From positions 21,826,001 to 21,890,000 of the forward strand of contig CM119371.1 of assembly GCA_051294905.1 (NCBI GenBank): 64,000 bases of DNA. Direction: 5' to 3'. The position numbers and the translations under genes were made by a program. Source of the stretch: Botryllus schlosseri. Its lineage: Eukaryota. Shown in pieces: positions 23,620-36,383 of this stretch; the stretch's first letter is position 1; every line of letters starts with the position of its first letter. Under the pieces are notes generated by a model. It made no database searches, was not told the DNA's origin, and worked only from the letters and a program-made list of their open reading frames with translations.

Positions 23620-26600
23620 GAAACAACTGTACAGAAGATCAGTATCAGTGTCGCGACGGGGGTTGTATTCGTATTCCGGACTTCTGCGATCGTAAGAAAG
23701 ATTGCAGGTAATAAGTTTACAATCTGCATTTGCTGCAATATTTCTTTAAAATATCGTTGTGTTCGAAATATGCGTACATGTCGAATGTCTTAATATAAAC
23801 AAGTTTAGTACCTTCCTCCACCGAACACAATGTACAATGCGATGCATATGGCACTATGCGATGCAACATATAGCCGGCTGTTGAAACTACTGTTGAATTT
23901 ATTTAATCCACACTGACCCGCCGATGGAGACAGCGATAGTGTTCATGATTTCGCTGTTCGGCGTCTTACATCTTCAATCGCGCAAAGATTTGAAAAAAAA
24001 AACAACGCGGTATGGCTTTGATTCAATTGTTCCATGGACTTATCGGGATGAAGGTGCGAACATCATAATCGTGATGTGGTAATGCGTTTCATTTCATGAC
24101 TTCAACTACACTGACTCATGAAGAATTTGTTTATACTTTTCTAAGATAGGTATGGCCGGAAGTAGTTTTGTTTTAAAACACTTGGCACGTAGCATTTCGA
24201 AACACATATGACCTATAGCTTCATTCTCAATACAGACTTGAATATTAGACTACATCTATATATGTGTGAGCGTAAAATACCCATCAACGAGTAACAATAA
24301 AGAAGTATGTTTACAATTTAGGGTTGGCATATTTTTGTGAAGCAAATTATGGACACTCTTCAGCGCCCTCTAGCGGATTTTAAAATTAGGTATAACACAT
24401 TGACATTCAATATGACGTCACACTTGCAAAACATTGCCCACCGACTGTATACACTATACAGGAATGAAGTGGAACATGGGTCATGAATTGGGCCATCTGT
24501 AATGTGAGCTCTGGTGATTGCTACTTGCTAGGGCAGTGGTTCTCAACCGGGGGTCCGCGAGACCGCGAAATTTGCAAAATAGTGGAAACATATTTATTTT
24601 TATAATTTGGGAAAACACGAGGCAGTTTCACTTTATTACTTTTAAAACTTCATGACTCACATAACCAGATTAACCGTCTGAATCAAATAACCTACCGTGC
24701 AAACTCAATTTAATTGTCAATAGCCTACTAATACAAACATATTGCTGTTTAAAGATGTTTTGTGGGGGTTTGTGGAAAAAATACGACGTTGGAGTAGTAT
24801 GGTCCATCAGGGTGACTTCAAAGTATTTGCAACCATTCCCATTCTTTGTGACAGTAGTTCTTAAACTAAGATGAGGTTAAATTGTCTGAAGGAGGACGCA
24901 AAGCCGCAGTCAACGGAAAAAAATTTTCGCGCTTTGCGCGATTTACAAATCATTAAGACTTATTGCTCTGTGTATAACTTGGAATTCCATATTCGACAAT
25001 TTTCTCTTCGACAGCCATAACCTTCTATGCCGTCACATTATCCGTTGGGATTGTTAGCATTCTGATTGCTTTATCGCTAGCATAAGGTCGATATTTGCAT
25101 ATGACAGATAACGGTTATTCGATAATCGAGATACATTTGATCTGAAACTTGGGGGTCCGCGGGGTCCGTGGAAGTCCCAAGGGGATCCGCGGAGACAAAA
25201 AGGTTGAGAACCACTGTGCCAGGATTTGCAATAGATTCCTCCACGGGCCGGATGAAATCCTCTGTGAAATCAGCCGTGTCTGGCCTGTCAGGATTGTGTT
25301 TGACAGCCCTGCTATACAGTTAGGTCGGTGCGGCTATCTGTTTATGTGTTTTAATCGGGTCCGAAACAACATTCCCCCCTTCCGCTCAAAAAGCACTGAT
25401 CTTGGGCCCACCATAAGGTAGTCGATGTAACTTGGTGGACACATACTATATGGATTTGGCAGTAAAATTTTATGAATGAATTCTGTCAATAATATTGATT
25501 CTTGGATATATTAGGCTACTATAAAATGCACCAGCAGGTTGCACAGCCGGTGATTTCCAACCTTTTAGGATCGCGAACTCATTTCCCACTTGCAAATGTT
25601 CCGTGGCAAAGCTCAAAAATTAAGCTGATGACTAAAAAAATCAGCTTGCTCAAACTTACTCACGGCCTAGGAAGCTGATCACGTCCAATATCATCGCGAT
25701 CTCCAGATAAAGGCGGACGACCCCAGGATTTGGAACCACTGTCTGTGATTGAAGCATCCAATCGGCCTTAACTAACTCTAGGAATATACCGTTAGCTTAT
25801 AATTGCGGTTACAATCAGAATTATTTCAGTAAATGATGGTTATTTATATTTATTTTGATTGCACCCTCTACAAAACGATGGGCAAGTAATCCGATCTAAA
25901 AGTTGTATACTCATGCGCAATGTGCATCTAAACACTGTTTTCTTGTAATTTCATTAGCATAACTTAAAGAAACTACTATACGTCACGTGATGTGCATCGC
26001 GATATGACGCTTGCAGCGATGATCTCTTTTCACCCCCAATGTCGCGATGACATTTCCCGCATGCATCCCTTCCGCCATGTAGCCTATGTCTTTCGAATGC
26101 TGATTAGGCGTTGATTGATTCAACTGTTAAATTGGCGATCATGGTGTTGCCTGGCGAGTAGACAGCGTTGCATACCAACTTAACCACTATCTAATGTGCA
26201 GTGAAACTGAATTTAGTCATCTTTGCGTGTTCTCCTTTGCGTATGACTTGAACCACGTATACGAAACTTGGTCGGCCGCTAACTTAATATCTGGTTGCAA
26301 ATGTTTAGGAAAGTCGTGGAGGCATATCGATCAGCACGAGAAGTGAAAACGGTGAAAATTCTGCTCAAATAAGACTGGTGTGAGCGTAAACCCGTCGGTT
26401 GATATATTGTAATCCGATTTGAGCCCGAATGCTGGTAGAAATGGTAATGGCGTGCCGTTGACTAGTCGGGTGATCACTGATCATTCCGACGGGTTCAGAT
26501 TCAACCTCGAACTACTATGTAACATTGAACTCGAAAAAAAACCTTTCTAATTTTAACCGCAACAAATAAATCATTAAATCCTGAATTCCTCACTCTATTA

Positions 26601-29600
26601 TGTATATTAAATTAAATCAGTCTTTTCGACGCTGCAATATTCAATTCAATACAGATTTATATCGAGAAATATCGAGACAGGTAAAGATGTAGGGACTATA
26701 TTTATGCTATTTCATTAATCTGGAAATTGTTTAGGTCTATACCAGGGTTGTTTCCCGGGCTTTTTGCGGTCGCGATCCTAAATTTCGATTGAAAACTATT
26801 CCTCGAACCGCCTCTCAATTTGGCGTGCTGTTAGCTGAATAAATGGTCAGCTGCTTCGCCCAAACCTTTATAGCAGTGGTCGGGAACCTTTTTCGTCTGA
26901 AATGACATGTTAAACAAATATATTCCATTTTGACTCCCAAAGACCCATACATTTCAATCCATTGTTACGTCACATTTGAAAATTAGTGACGCCATGGTAG
27001 TACTAATTCGAACTCACTACATGGGATTCGTCGTGCTGGGCGCTATATTTTCTCTGTAAAAACTCGTATAGGCTACTAATCGTCATGTTATAGCGCAATT
27101 CATGGTGAATAGCACAGAATCTATAACTGATATAAATCTAATATAACTATAGCACTGACTCCGAAAAGAAATATTGACCGACTTCTCAATTCGGCGGTAA
27201 CCCAAACGTTGCACTACACGCCTACATTATAGTGCGAAATATGGACCGGAGCCGGATTGGATATCCGGCCGGATTTTTTCAATTTTGGCCGGACCGGATC
27301 GGAGCCGGAGTAGTACTTTTTTGATGCGGTCGGAATCATTATGGATACGCATGACGCTTGTAACTAAATAACTACCAACCAACCACACGCAAGTAATCGC
27401 CAATAAGCCAGTGCGAAAAGAAACGAGCCATATTTTTAAATTCACGGAACCACCGTACCGTGTTGGGCCGGAGTTCCGGCCGGACTTTTTCATTTGTGGC
27501 CGGAGCCGGAGCAGTACTTTTTCCTGATACGACCGGAGCCGGGTCGAGCCGGACCAGAGAATCTGTCGATCCGCTCCGCACTACTACATTAACGTCAGTA
27601 CTAGAAAGCTACTTATCAATTTGGACGTGCATGGATAGCGAAGCGTTGTTTGTAATTTGGATTGGTAATTGAAATGTCACTTCCAAGGCAGTTCATTTCC
27701 ACGGTTGTAATGAAACGAGTCATGACTCGACTCGAGTCACGATTTTCTGATGACTCGACTTGACTCGAGTCATTTTCTCAAAATATGAAAATGACTCGAA
27801 GCAAGTCATATGACTCGAGACTGAGACGGCCAAGCCCGAGATTTCATTGTAATTTCGAAGAATAGTAAACTAACTACACGATTGGGATTTCGTCTGTTGG
27901 TGCTGGTACTTTAAAATGCGACCAGAAAGTGCTAAAAATGAGGAAAATTAGTATATTATAAATGCGAACCATTCGATATCACCAAACAGAGTTATAAAAA
28001 GTGGGTTTATCAAGACTTTAACTGGAAACTGAGCAGTCAACACAATGACTTGGACTCGGACTCGAGTCATGATAACGTGACTCGGACTCGACCGTCTGCT
28101 CACTGACTTGGACTCCGACTTGACTCAATGGTGAATTGAAATTGACTTGACTTGACTCGAGTCAATACTATAGAAGTGAGATTGACTTGTGACTCGGAGC
28201 CTTGTGACTTGGTTACGCAACCCTGTTCATTTCTCGGCGTAGATCAGGAAGACCATGTGTATTTGAAAACTAGATTGTCATATAGGCGTCCCTATGTCTG
28301 CTATTCTCTTGATTAACCAACGTATGGTGCAATCCAAGATTACGCAGCGCGCGATGCCAAGTACATCGAATTCGCGAGGGATAGGCTAGTAATCGCTCGC
28401 GCTACAGCAACTTGAATTTGAGGATTTTTTAAAGGTACCCGAACCCGCAACCCTCGATACGCCACTGCCTTGACCTCTAAAATACATGTTTATGCAGCCA
28501 CGAGAATAATTATTCTGGCTGTTAAGAAAATTTACTTACAAGTTGCTGCAATATCGATAAAATTATGTACGAAATTAAAAATATGTCAAAGAGTCATATC
28601 TTATACTCAAAAGACCCACATATGGCTCGCGAGCCATAGGTTTCCGACCACTGCTATATAGTCACCACAACCTATGTTTTCATTTTATTTTGAGAAATGA
28701 ACTAATATTCTCGGAAATGAGAATCCGGTTAATTGGCATCGTAATATAGTCATTGATATTTACTAGTCGTTTCCGCGACCCCTAGGTTGCCAAGCCCTCG
28801 TCTGTACTGCATGTTGGCCTATTCTATCGCCGTTTTTATAGTGATGGTTCTGACGAACCGCAGTATGCAACATACGCTTACGGAAATGTGACATTATGCC
28901 GAGGGAGATCGACGCATACCGCGGCACTATGCATTCTCCCAACAGACTTAGAACACGACAGGCATAGACTGTGTAGAGACGGTAAGTTCTAACAAAACGT
29001 ATTCGGTTCTTATGGGGTTTATGGAATATCCGGTATCCCCTTTTAATATGTGATACATCTAACGATGGCAGAATGGTGTATGTGTGCTGTGTATTCCCAA
29101 TGGAACGTGAAATACGTGGGTGGAACCAAATGTAATTTTGTTTTCTACCATATTGCAACACAGCGTAAAACTACGGGTCATTTGTGATGCTCAAATTTTT
29201 CTAACAATCGTAATTAGGTGGGCAGTAATATTGGGGGAATGCATGACAAGATATTTTAATATAAAGTAATGGAATGCGCTACTATAGTATGCAAGTTTTG
29301 ATAATGGCTAATGTAAATAGAGTCTGAAACTTTCATTCATACAATTACAATTCCAGAAACAACTTGCAACAGCCAGGAGTTTGAATGCGAAGACCGGTCT
29401 TATTGTATTCGCAAGGGCTTATATTGTGAAGGGACTGCTGACTGCAGGTTGGATTAAAATATACATTGGCCTTGTTTATTATTATTATTATATTCTTTAT
29501 TCACAGTAAAACTGGTAAATACACACATAATCCGGGGAGCAACCTGCCCCCAAAGGCAAATGGCGAGATTGGAGTAAATTTTTAAAATTTCAGTAATACA

Positions 29601-32600
29601 TTCAAATTGTTATTCCTATGCAATACATGGAGAAGTCAGATTACAGAATTGCAGCAGATGAAGAATTGGCAAGGGTTACAGAGCAGAGGTAGAGATGATT
29701 GAAGATGAAGAATCGAAATTACAGAAATCATGCTGTTATTCACAAGTGTAATTTTTGTCCAGTGGTGCATTCAAGGCCTTCCGAAGAATGTGCACAGTGC
29801 CCAATAATAATAATAATAATTATTATTATTATTATTATCACACAACAGCGACAGTGGCGCTTATCGCCTGTTTAGGTCTTGTGCGCAACGACAATGCATT
29901 CGTAAAGTCCAGTTTCTTTGCTTTCGTGTACCGAGGACGACTTTCATGCTCGCGCACATCCACTCTTCAATCCGCTATGGCTTTCATGCATCCTCTTGCT
30001 GGTCTCTGCTGCAGAATTCGGAGCTCGGCTCACTTTTCCTCTAGGCTTTTTCAAGACGGCGCGTTAGCAGAGGGATTGGCGATGAGGAGCCCAGATAAAT
30101 CTTCGACACATAGGAACATGGCACAGCCGAGACTAGAACCAGCAACCATTAGCACACTGCGCCACTCGCTTCCCAGGCGTATAAGTTAGTTATACCTTGA
30201 ATACTTTGTTGCGTCGATAGCAGACGATATATATATAAACGTAAGACCTTGATAGCTTTCACACTCTATTTAACGTCCACTTGCGAGTGAATATAACTAT
30301 ATTAGTTACATTAGTTATTATTATTAGTTATTATTAGTTACATTAGTTATTAGTTACACACCTTGTACTACTGAACGTACTCGTGATATATACAGTGTAC
30401 ACTCGCAGTGTGTTTGTGTTGTGTCTATGGCTGGGCATAATGATTAGAGCACTTGAATCTGAATCGACTATTAATTTTAATGATTTGAGTCTAGAAGCGG
30501 GAAAATATATCTTCCGTGTAGAAATTGCCATTAATAACGAATATATATAGTTAATTTATAGCTTGGATACTATTTTCCACTGTGGAAGGCTGTTAACATG
30601 GATTGGTCATATCGCAGCATACAAAACATGTAGTAAGAAGCTAGGCATGTTAGAAAAAATGAAATGGCTGTGAAGCCATGCTCCATCCACAAAATTGTCA
30701 CGAACCGCGATGTAATAGGCATGCTAGAAAAATACCAACAAATGATGCAGATAGAGTGATGCAGAACGGGCATTAAATTCATTCTGGTGGTCGCATAAAC
30801 GGTACATGTTTGATCTTTCCACATCATTGATACTACCGTCACGTCACGATGAGAGATACTCGAATGATCGACTTGACTCGATTCAAAATCAAACCACGCA
30901 GGTAATCGATTTATCCTAGCTCTACTTATGGTATTGACGATATGCATTCGCAATGACCGACTGGTAGCAAAGATTGGCAAGGATTTGGATTTTAATAAAA
31001 CATGGTGTTCTAAGGGATTTTGGCGGGACATTAGTTTATGAGTTCTGTGACACTAGAATGAGTTTTGAATTAGCGATTGATTTGAAATCTTATGTCACGT
31101 GTGATTGAATTCAAGTCCCTGTCAGATGGGGTTGGAGATGAGTGACTTTTCATCATTAACTTTTATTTCTCTCACATGATTTACATATACCAAGATATTA
31201 TTCTATTTACCGTCCTAATCTAGGACATAAATGCTTTCATCTATGTAGCTTACTTTTCCAAGGGATGGAAGCGACGAAGTGACGTCATTACCTGCTGTTG
31301 GCTCTAGTGATAGAATGTGTTTCAACCGGTATCGCGTATCATTCAAACAATGCCGACTGCGAGAGGAATACATATGTGACGGAAAAATCATGTGCGCTGA
31401 AGGTGCGTGGCCTTTAATTTATACTGCATGTTATCGCGTTACATCAACTGTATCCCTAATTTGTGAACTCGAATTTTAAAATACAGTATCCGAATCCCAT
31501 GCCCCTGTGTTGTACATTGTCTTAATACACACGAATCAAGTGGCTCATCGGGGCTTACGATAACTTATCGCAATCAAATTATTGAGTTATCGTAGGCACA
31601 GGGTTCGATGAGTAGGCCTACGTGTTAACCTTATTTACTTTATACATTGCAACATGTCGCAGCGCATGATTTCTATTTCATATAAAGCTGCTCAAATTTA
31701 TATTTGATTCTCCCAGATATCAAGTATCCAAACTTATGTGGCGTTTCGTCACGTCCTATTCCCTTTCAGCTCTTTTGATTATACCCATTCATTTTAACGA
31801 TTTATTTATGAAACGTGTCATGATATAATAACGTGTCTATATAAAACAGAAATGGCCAGGGCAGCGGCATACGTGCAAGTTGTGAAACATTACCCATTAT
31901 TTAACGTTGACAGGAATTGACGAATGCTTATGTGGAGAGAACAAGAAAGGTATAGCTGAGAGTTTTGATTCGAAATTAGTCTGTTAAATTGTATATTTAA
32001 GGCAGGGGTGACCAACCTTTTCGACCAAAGGGCCATTTTGAATTTACGAACCATTGCGCGGGCCGCTTGATTGTTGATGACACTTTTTATAGACGTCAGT
32101 TTGGAGTGAGCCGGATTCGGTAACGGTGAAAACAGGACTTATCTTACCACGCATCAAAACCGATAACAACTATGTCGTGGAAACTCCTAGCCGCACAAGG
32201 CGCAATTAGTTTCTAAATTAATGAATGGGTTCGCTGAATTATATTGATACTTGTATTGTATATATTGCGGTTCACCTCTGTATACTGCTGGGCTCATTTG
32301 GGAAGGATAGGAATATTCGACGCTTGGTCTTGGACAATGGAGATATCACTATCGAAGATTTCGGCGAACATGCGTCTATAATTATGTCTAAAGGCTTCAT
32401 CGCCGACGATCTTTCTGTGAATGCAGACGCGAAGTCGCATGTTAGACTATACACGTTTTCTCATAATTGCGAATATGGTCAGACTCATTTCTGTAAGTTG
32501 GGCGTATTTTAATGTTTAAATTTCAGAAGGGGGGTATACCAACACAGCAAGAAATCGAGTGACAATAAACCGCGCGAAGTGCTAAGAAAAATTTCAAGTC

Positions 32601-35600
32601 AAATATATCTGTCACGAAATGTTATATTGTATGATCGACTATACGAAGATCTTCGAAAATGTGGTTGGTCCCTGGTTACGTCAAATCGTCGGAACTGATG
32701 TTTCAGTCATTAACATGACAAATTGCGCGGTCAGGGTAATGAAATTTTTGGGTGGCCTTGCAATTCCATAATAAAGGACCCATATGGATAATTCATTTTC
32801 GATAATATAAACAATTTCAAAAATAACCGCGCGGGTCACTCATAACTTTCTCGCGGGCCAAATCCGGCCCTCGGGCCACGGGTTGGGCGCCCCTGATTTA
32901 AAGGGTTTCATACATAAAATGATGGATGCATGTTACCTAAAGTTGGACCAGAAGAAGCATTTGCCGTGGACTTACAGGCGACGGATTCGGAAGTGATTTG
33001 AATTAGTTTGAAATTCATTCCAGCGTATGCCGGTTTTTATAAATTGTTTTTTACTCTCTGTACAACAGTGGTATATTTGTCACAGAGCTCTGTTGTAAAA
33101 TATTCAAGCTTGCTGGATGTGGACCCCAAATCCGTGGAATATTCTGAAAAATAATTTCGCAATACACATAGATGAATAAGCACTATCGCGAACGCTAAAT
33201 ATGGCAATTCACAGTCTACTCTGCATCTTCAATCATGGTAATGACTTAACTCTGAAAGATTCGAAAAATATTGGTGTTTGGTCTCGATATTAATCTCATC
33301 GAAGAAGATATGCTACTTGCCCGACTAAATAATCGTGCCTAGCACAGAAACTTTATAAAAAACTATACCCCTAAAAAACGCTGGGATATGTTGATGCAAC
33401 AAATAAATGAGGTTGTCCTTTCATCTCTCAATTGCGGGATTTGGGCTGCAGACAAGACTCCGTCGCCTATAATTTCCTACGCGTCATCCGCATGAAATAC
33501 ATTCAATATTGTTTTTAATATGCCGATTGGATTTGAAGTTACTTATTTCTTCTCGGCTATCTAAGAAGACTATAGGAAGAACGTGATACGATATTATGAT
33601 TAAGGCTATCTGGACAACGTATGCTTTCGTTGCTTGACATATCCCATAACGTATGTACCCGCCTCCAAGATGTGCGATGGATACTTCAATTGTCCCGATC
33701 TGACCGACGAATGCCTCTGCCCATCATCGAATCGTCCCGAGATCTGTGACCGACTTGAATGGGGTATGAGATGTGTAAGCTTTTTGCTTATATGGAACGA
33801 ATATATATCACGCTCTTATCAAGGCGTGACGGACAACATTCAGCGTCCGGTGCCGTATCTTCAGTGCACGGAGTCGCATAACAAAATTAATGTCAGTATG
33901 GAAATCGCTTGCGATAACAAGTGAGTAGACTTGTTTCTCAAATATTACAAAATCCTATATACAATTACCAATTTCCTAAATGTAACGCAAGAAATGCCAT
34001 GGCCTTCGGGCGGAACACTGAGTGTTGTCCTTCATTTTGTATACCTAAATGCCAATCAATTACACCTTCTATCTGCGAGATAGCGAAGCGGTATAATCCT
34101 GCAAAAGAACATGAAGAAAATTGGTCTGGTGTAAATGACCATAGTTGTCGACAAACACCATAAATACCACAAGCAAACAATTCTGCCTGAATTCATCGTA
34201 AAATGACTCCCCATTATTCACATATTGTGTAAGAGGATGGAAGTGGATTTGAATCACCGCTATCTGATATAATGTGATTCCAACGAATGACATACATCGA
34301 AATACAGCGTGAAATGCGGAGTCAGGTTTGGTGATATCATTGCTACCGATTCACTCTGCATTGGCATGCCAAATGACGGTTTGAACAACAAATATTCGCT
34401 CACCAGAAACAAAAATTGTACAACTCTGTACATAATCAGTCTGTACTGAGTTCGTTGGATGCGAGTGAGTCATAGAGTCTTTGTATGGTGTAGTTGAAGA
34501 GACTTTTTAGGGTACATAACTTTAATATACATCTTAATAATATAGTCATATCATAAATATATTAAAACCCGAAGCGTACTGTAGTTTGTAAATATTTTCT
34601 CTTGTAACAGAACAAGCTGTGGCTACTTTGTAAATGAGAAGAATTGTAAAGACATGAATAGTGAGAAAACCAGCATCCCGTCTCCTGACATATATACGCT
34701 ATATATATAGGATGAAGGAAATGCGATCGTTGGAGATTTAGGAATTTCTGTTCATCATTATACCTTTTGTTTATAGGCCAATACCCTTTAATCACATACC
34801 AATCAGGGCATGCTAATTTTGACTCCGCTTAATTCGGACACTTTCCGTTCACATTTTACCGAATTAAGCGGGAAATCAATTTTTCGTTACATGTCCAATT
34901 GTCCATGCGTAAAGGCGGTCAACTCAAATGTGTCTAATATGATCGCTCTTGCATGTCCGTTATGTCTTGTTATGAGTTGATCTCACAAGTTTTTAATTTA
35001 CGATACATTCCCATGCACTAAGAAACACGAAATATTGTAAATTGGTCCTCAAATCAATTCGTGTATGATAGCCCAAAATATTTCTTTTGCTTTCAGGTTA
35101 TACATCAGCACACTGCCAAAGAGTACAAACTCGTGAGTATATATCAACTGTTATATGCGATGTGAGTGTTAGCAGGAGAAAAGTAGCAGCATTTGGAATG
35201 AAACAAATATTTAGAAACTAATAACCTTTTCTGTCTAGACTTTCTGGCTTATGATAATAGTAATCCAGTGCAATCTTATCGATAATAAACAAATTTGTTG
35301 ATTCCTGATCGAATCCTGTAATACTTGATATAAAATCAAAAATAAAAGGCCAAGTGCTTGGCAATTTCTATAGGCCGAATCATAAATTTATAATACATAC
35401 GTGCCCCTATTCCCGTCTCGAAATAAATATATGGAGATTGTTGTGCGATTGAAGCATGTTTCATATCACTATTGGCAACTTACACAATTCAAATACAACG
35501 GCATATACATAGTATGTTTTTCGTCATGCATAAATTACTTATTTGCACCGAGGAAATATTTTTACCTATTTGCTCTCTCTCATACAGCAGCACCTGTCTT

Positions 35601-36330
35601 GTGGTATGGTAAATTTCTCCAGCAATGCTTGTGGGGGACTGCCGACTAAGAGAGGCTAATTAAACATCAATATAAACATATTTGAACACAGCGCTAATGG
35701 ATAAACCATATACGATTATACCAATATATGATTATACGTTCTTCTAAAACAGGGATCTCAAACTTTTTAGACACGTCCCCTTTATGAGAGTGAAAGATGT
35801 CACGTCCCACTTATCGTCATATCACAAAATGCAACCAGAATGCTAGCAAACATAACGGATAGTTTGGTGGTATGGAAGGTTATGTCTGTTGATGAGAGAA
35901 TTCTCAAATATCGAATTCGGACTATACACAAAGCAATAGTTATAAATTGGAGGTAAATCGAGTAGAACACGAAACAAATTTTCAGCTGCCCGCAGCTTCG
36001 CGCCCCCTTACTCAGATGCTTTCACACCATTCCGCTGCTCTAAAACGATTTCGGCACAATCGAATCTACTTGAGGATCACACAATGAAAATGTTTGAGAT
36101 AGTGTAATGGTGATGCGTCCGGCTTCTTGATCGGTACGTCGTGGGTTCGATCTCCGGCCGGGTCAGACCAAAGACTCGAAAACTGGTATCCGCAGCTATC
36201 CTGCTAGGCGCTCAGCATCCACGGATAGCATGGAGGAGAAAAAAGCGGGGGTGCTGACTAGATGACCTTACGGTCGTATCGCACCTCCGTCGCCAAAGCA
36301 TCTCGGTGGTGCAGGCGAAAACGAATACCC

Positions 36331-36383
<53 letters not shown>

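Noticed and set aside
28763..29161. Short ORF-track entries such as this 132-aa minus-strand ORF
   Set aside because: Antisense to real exons or inside repeats, with no recognisable motifs.
23620..29447. Two same-phase half-LDLa exons as mutually exclusive alternatives
   Set aside because: Exon 28842-28981 (SDGSDE...) completes the first module, so the exons are consecutive.
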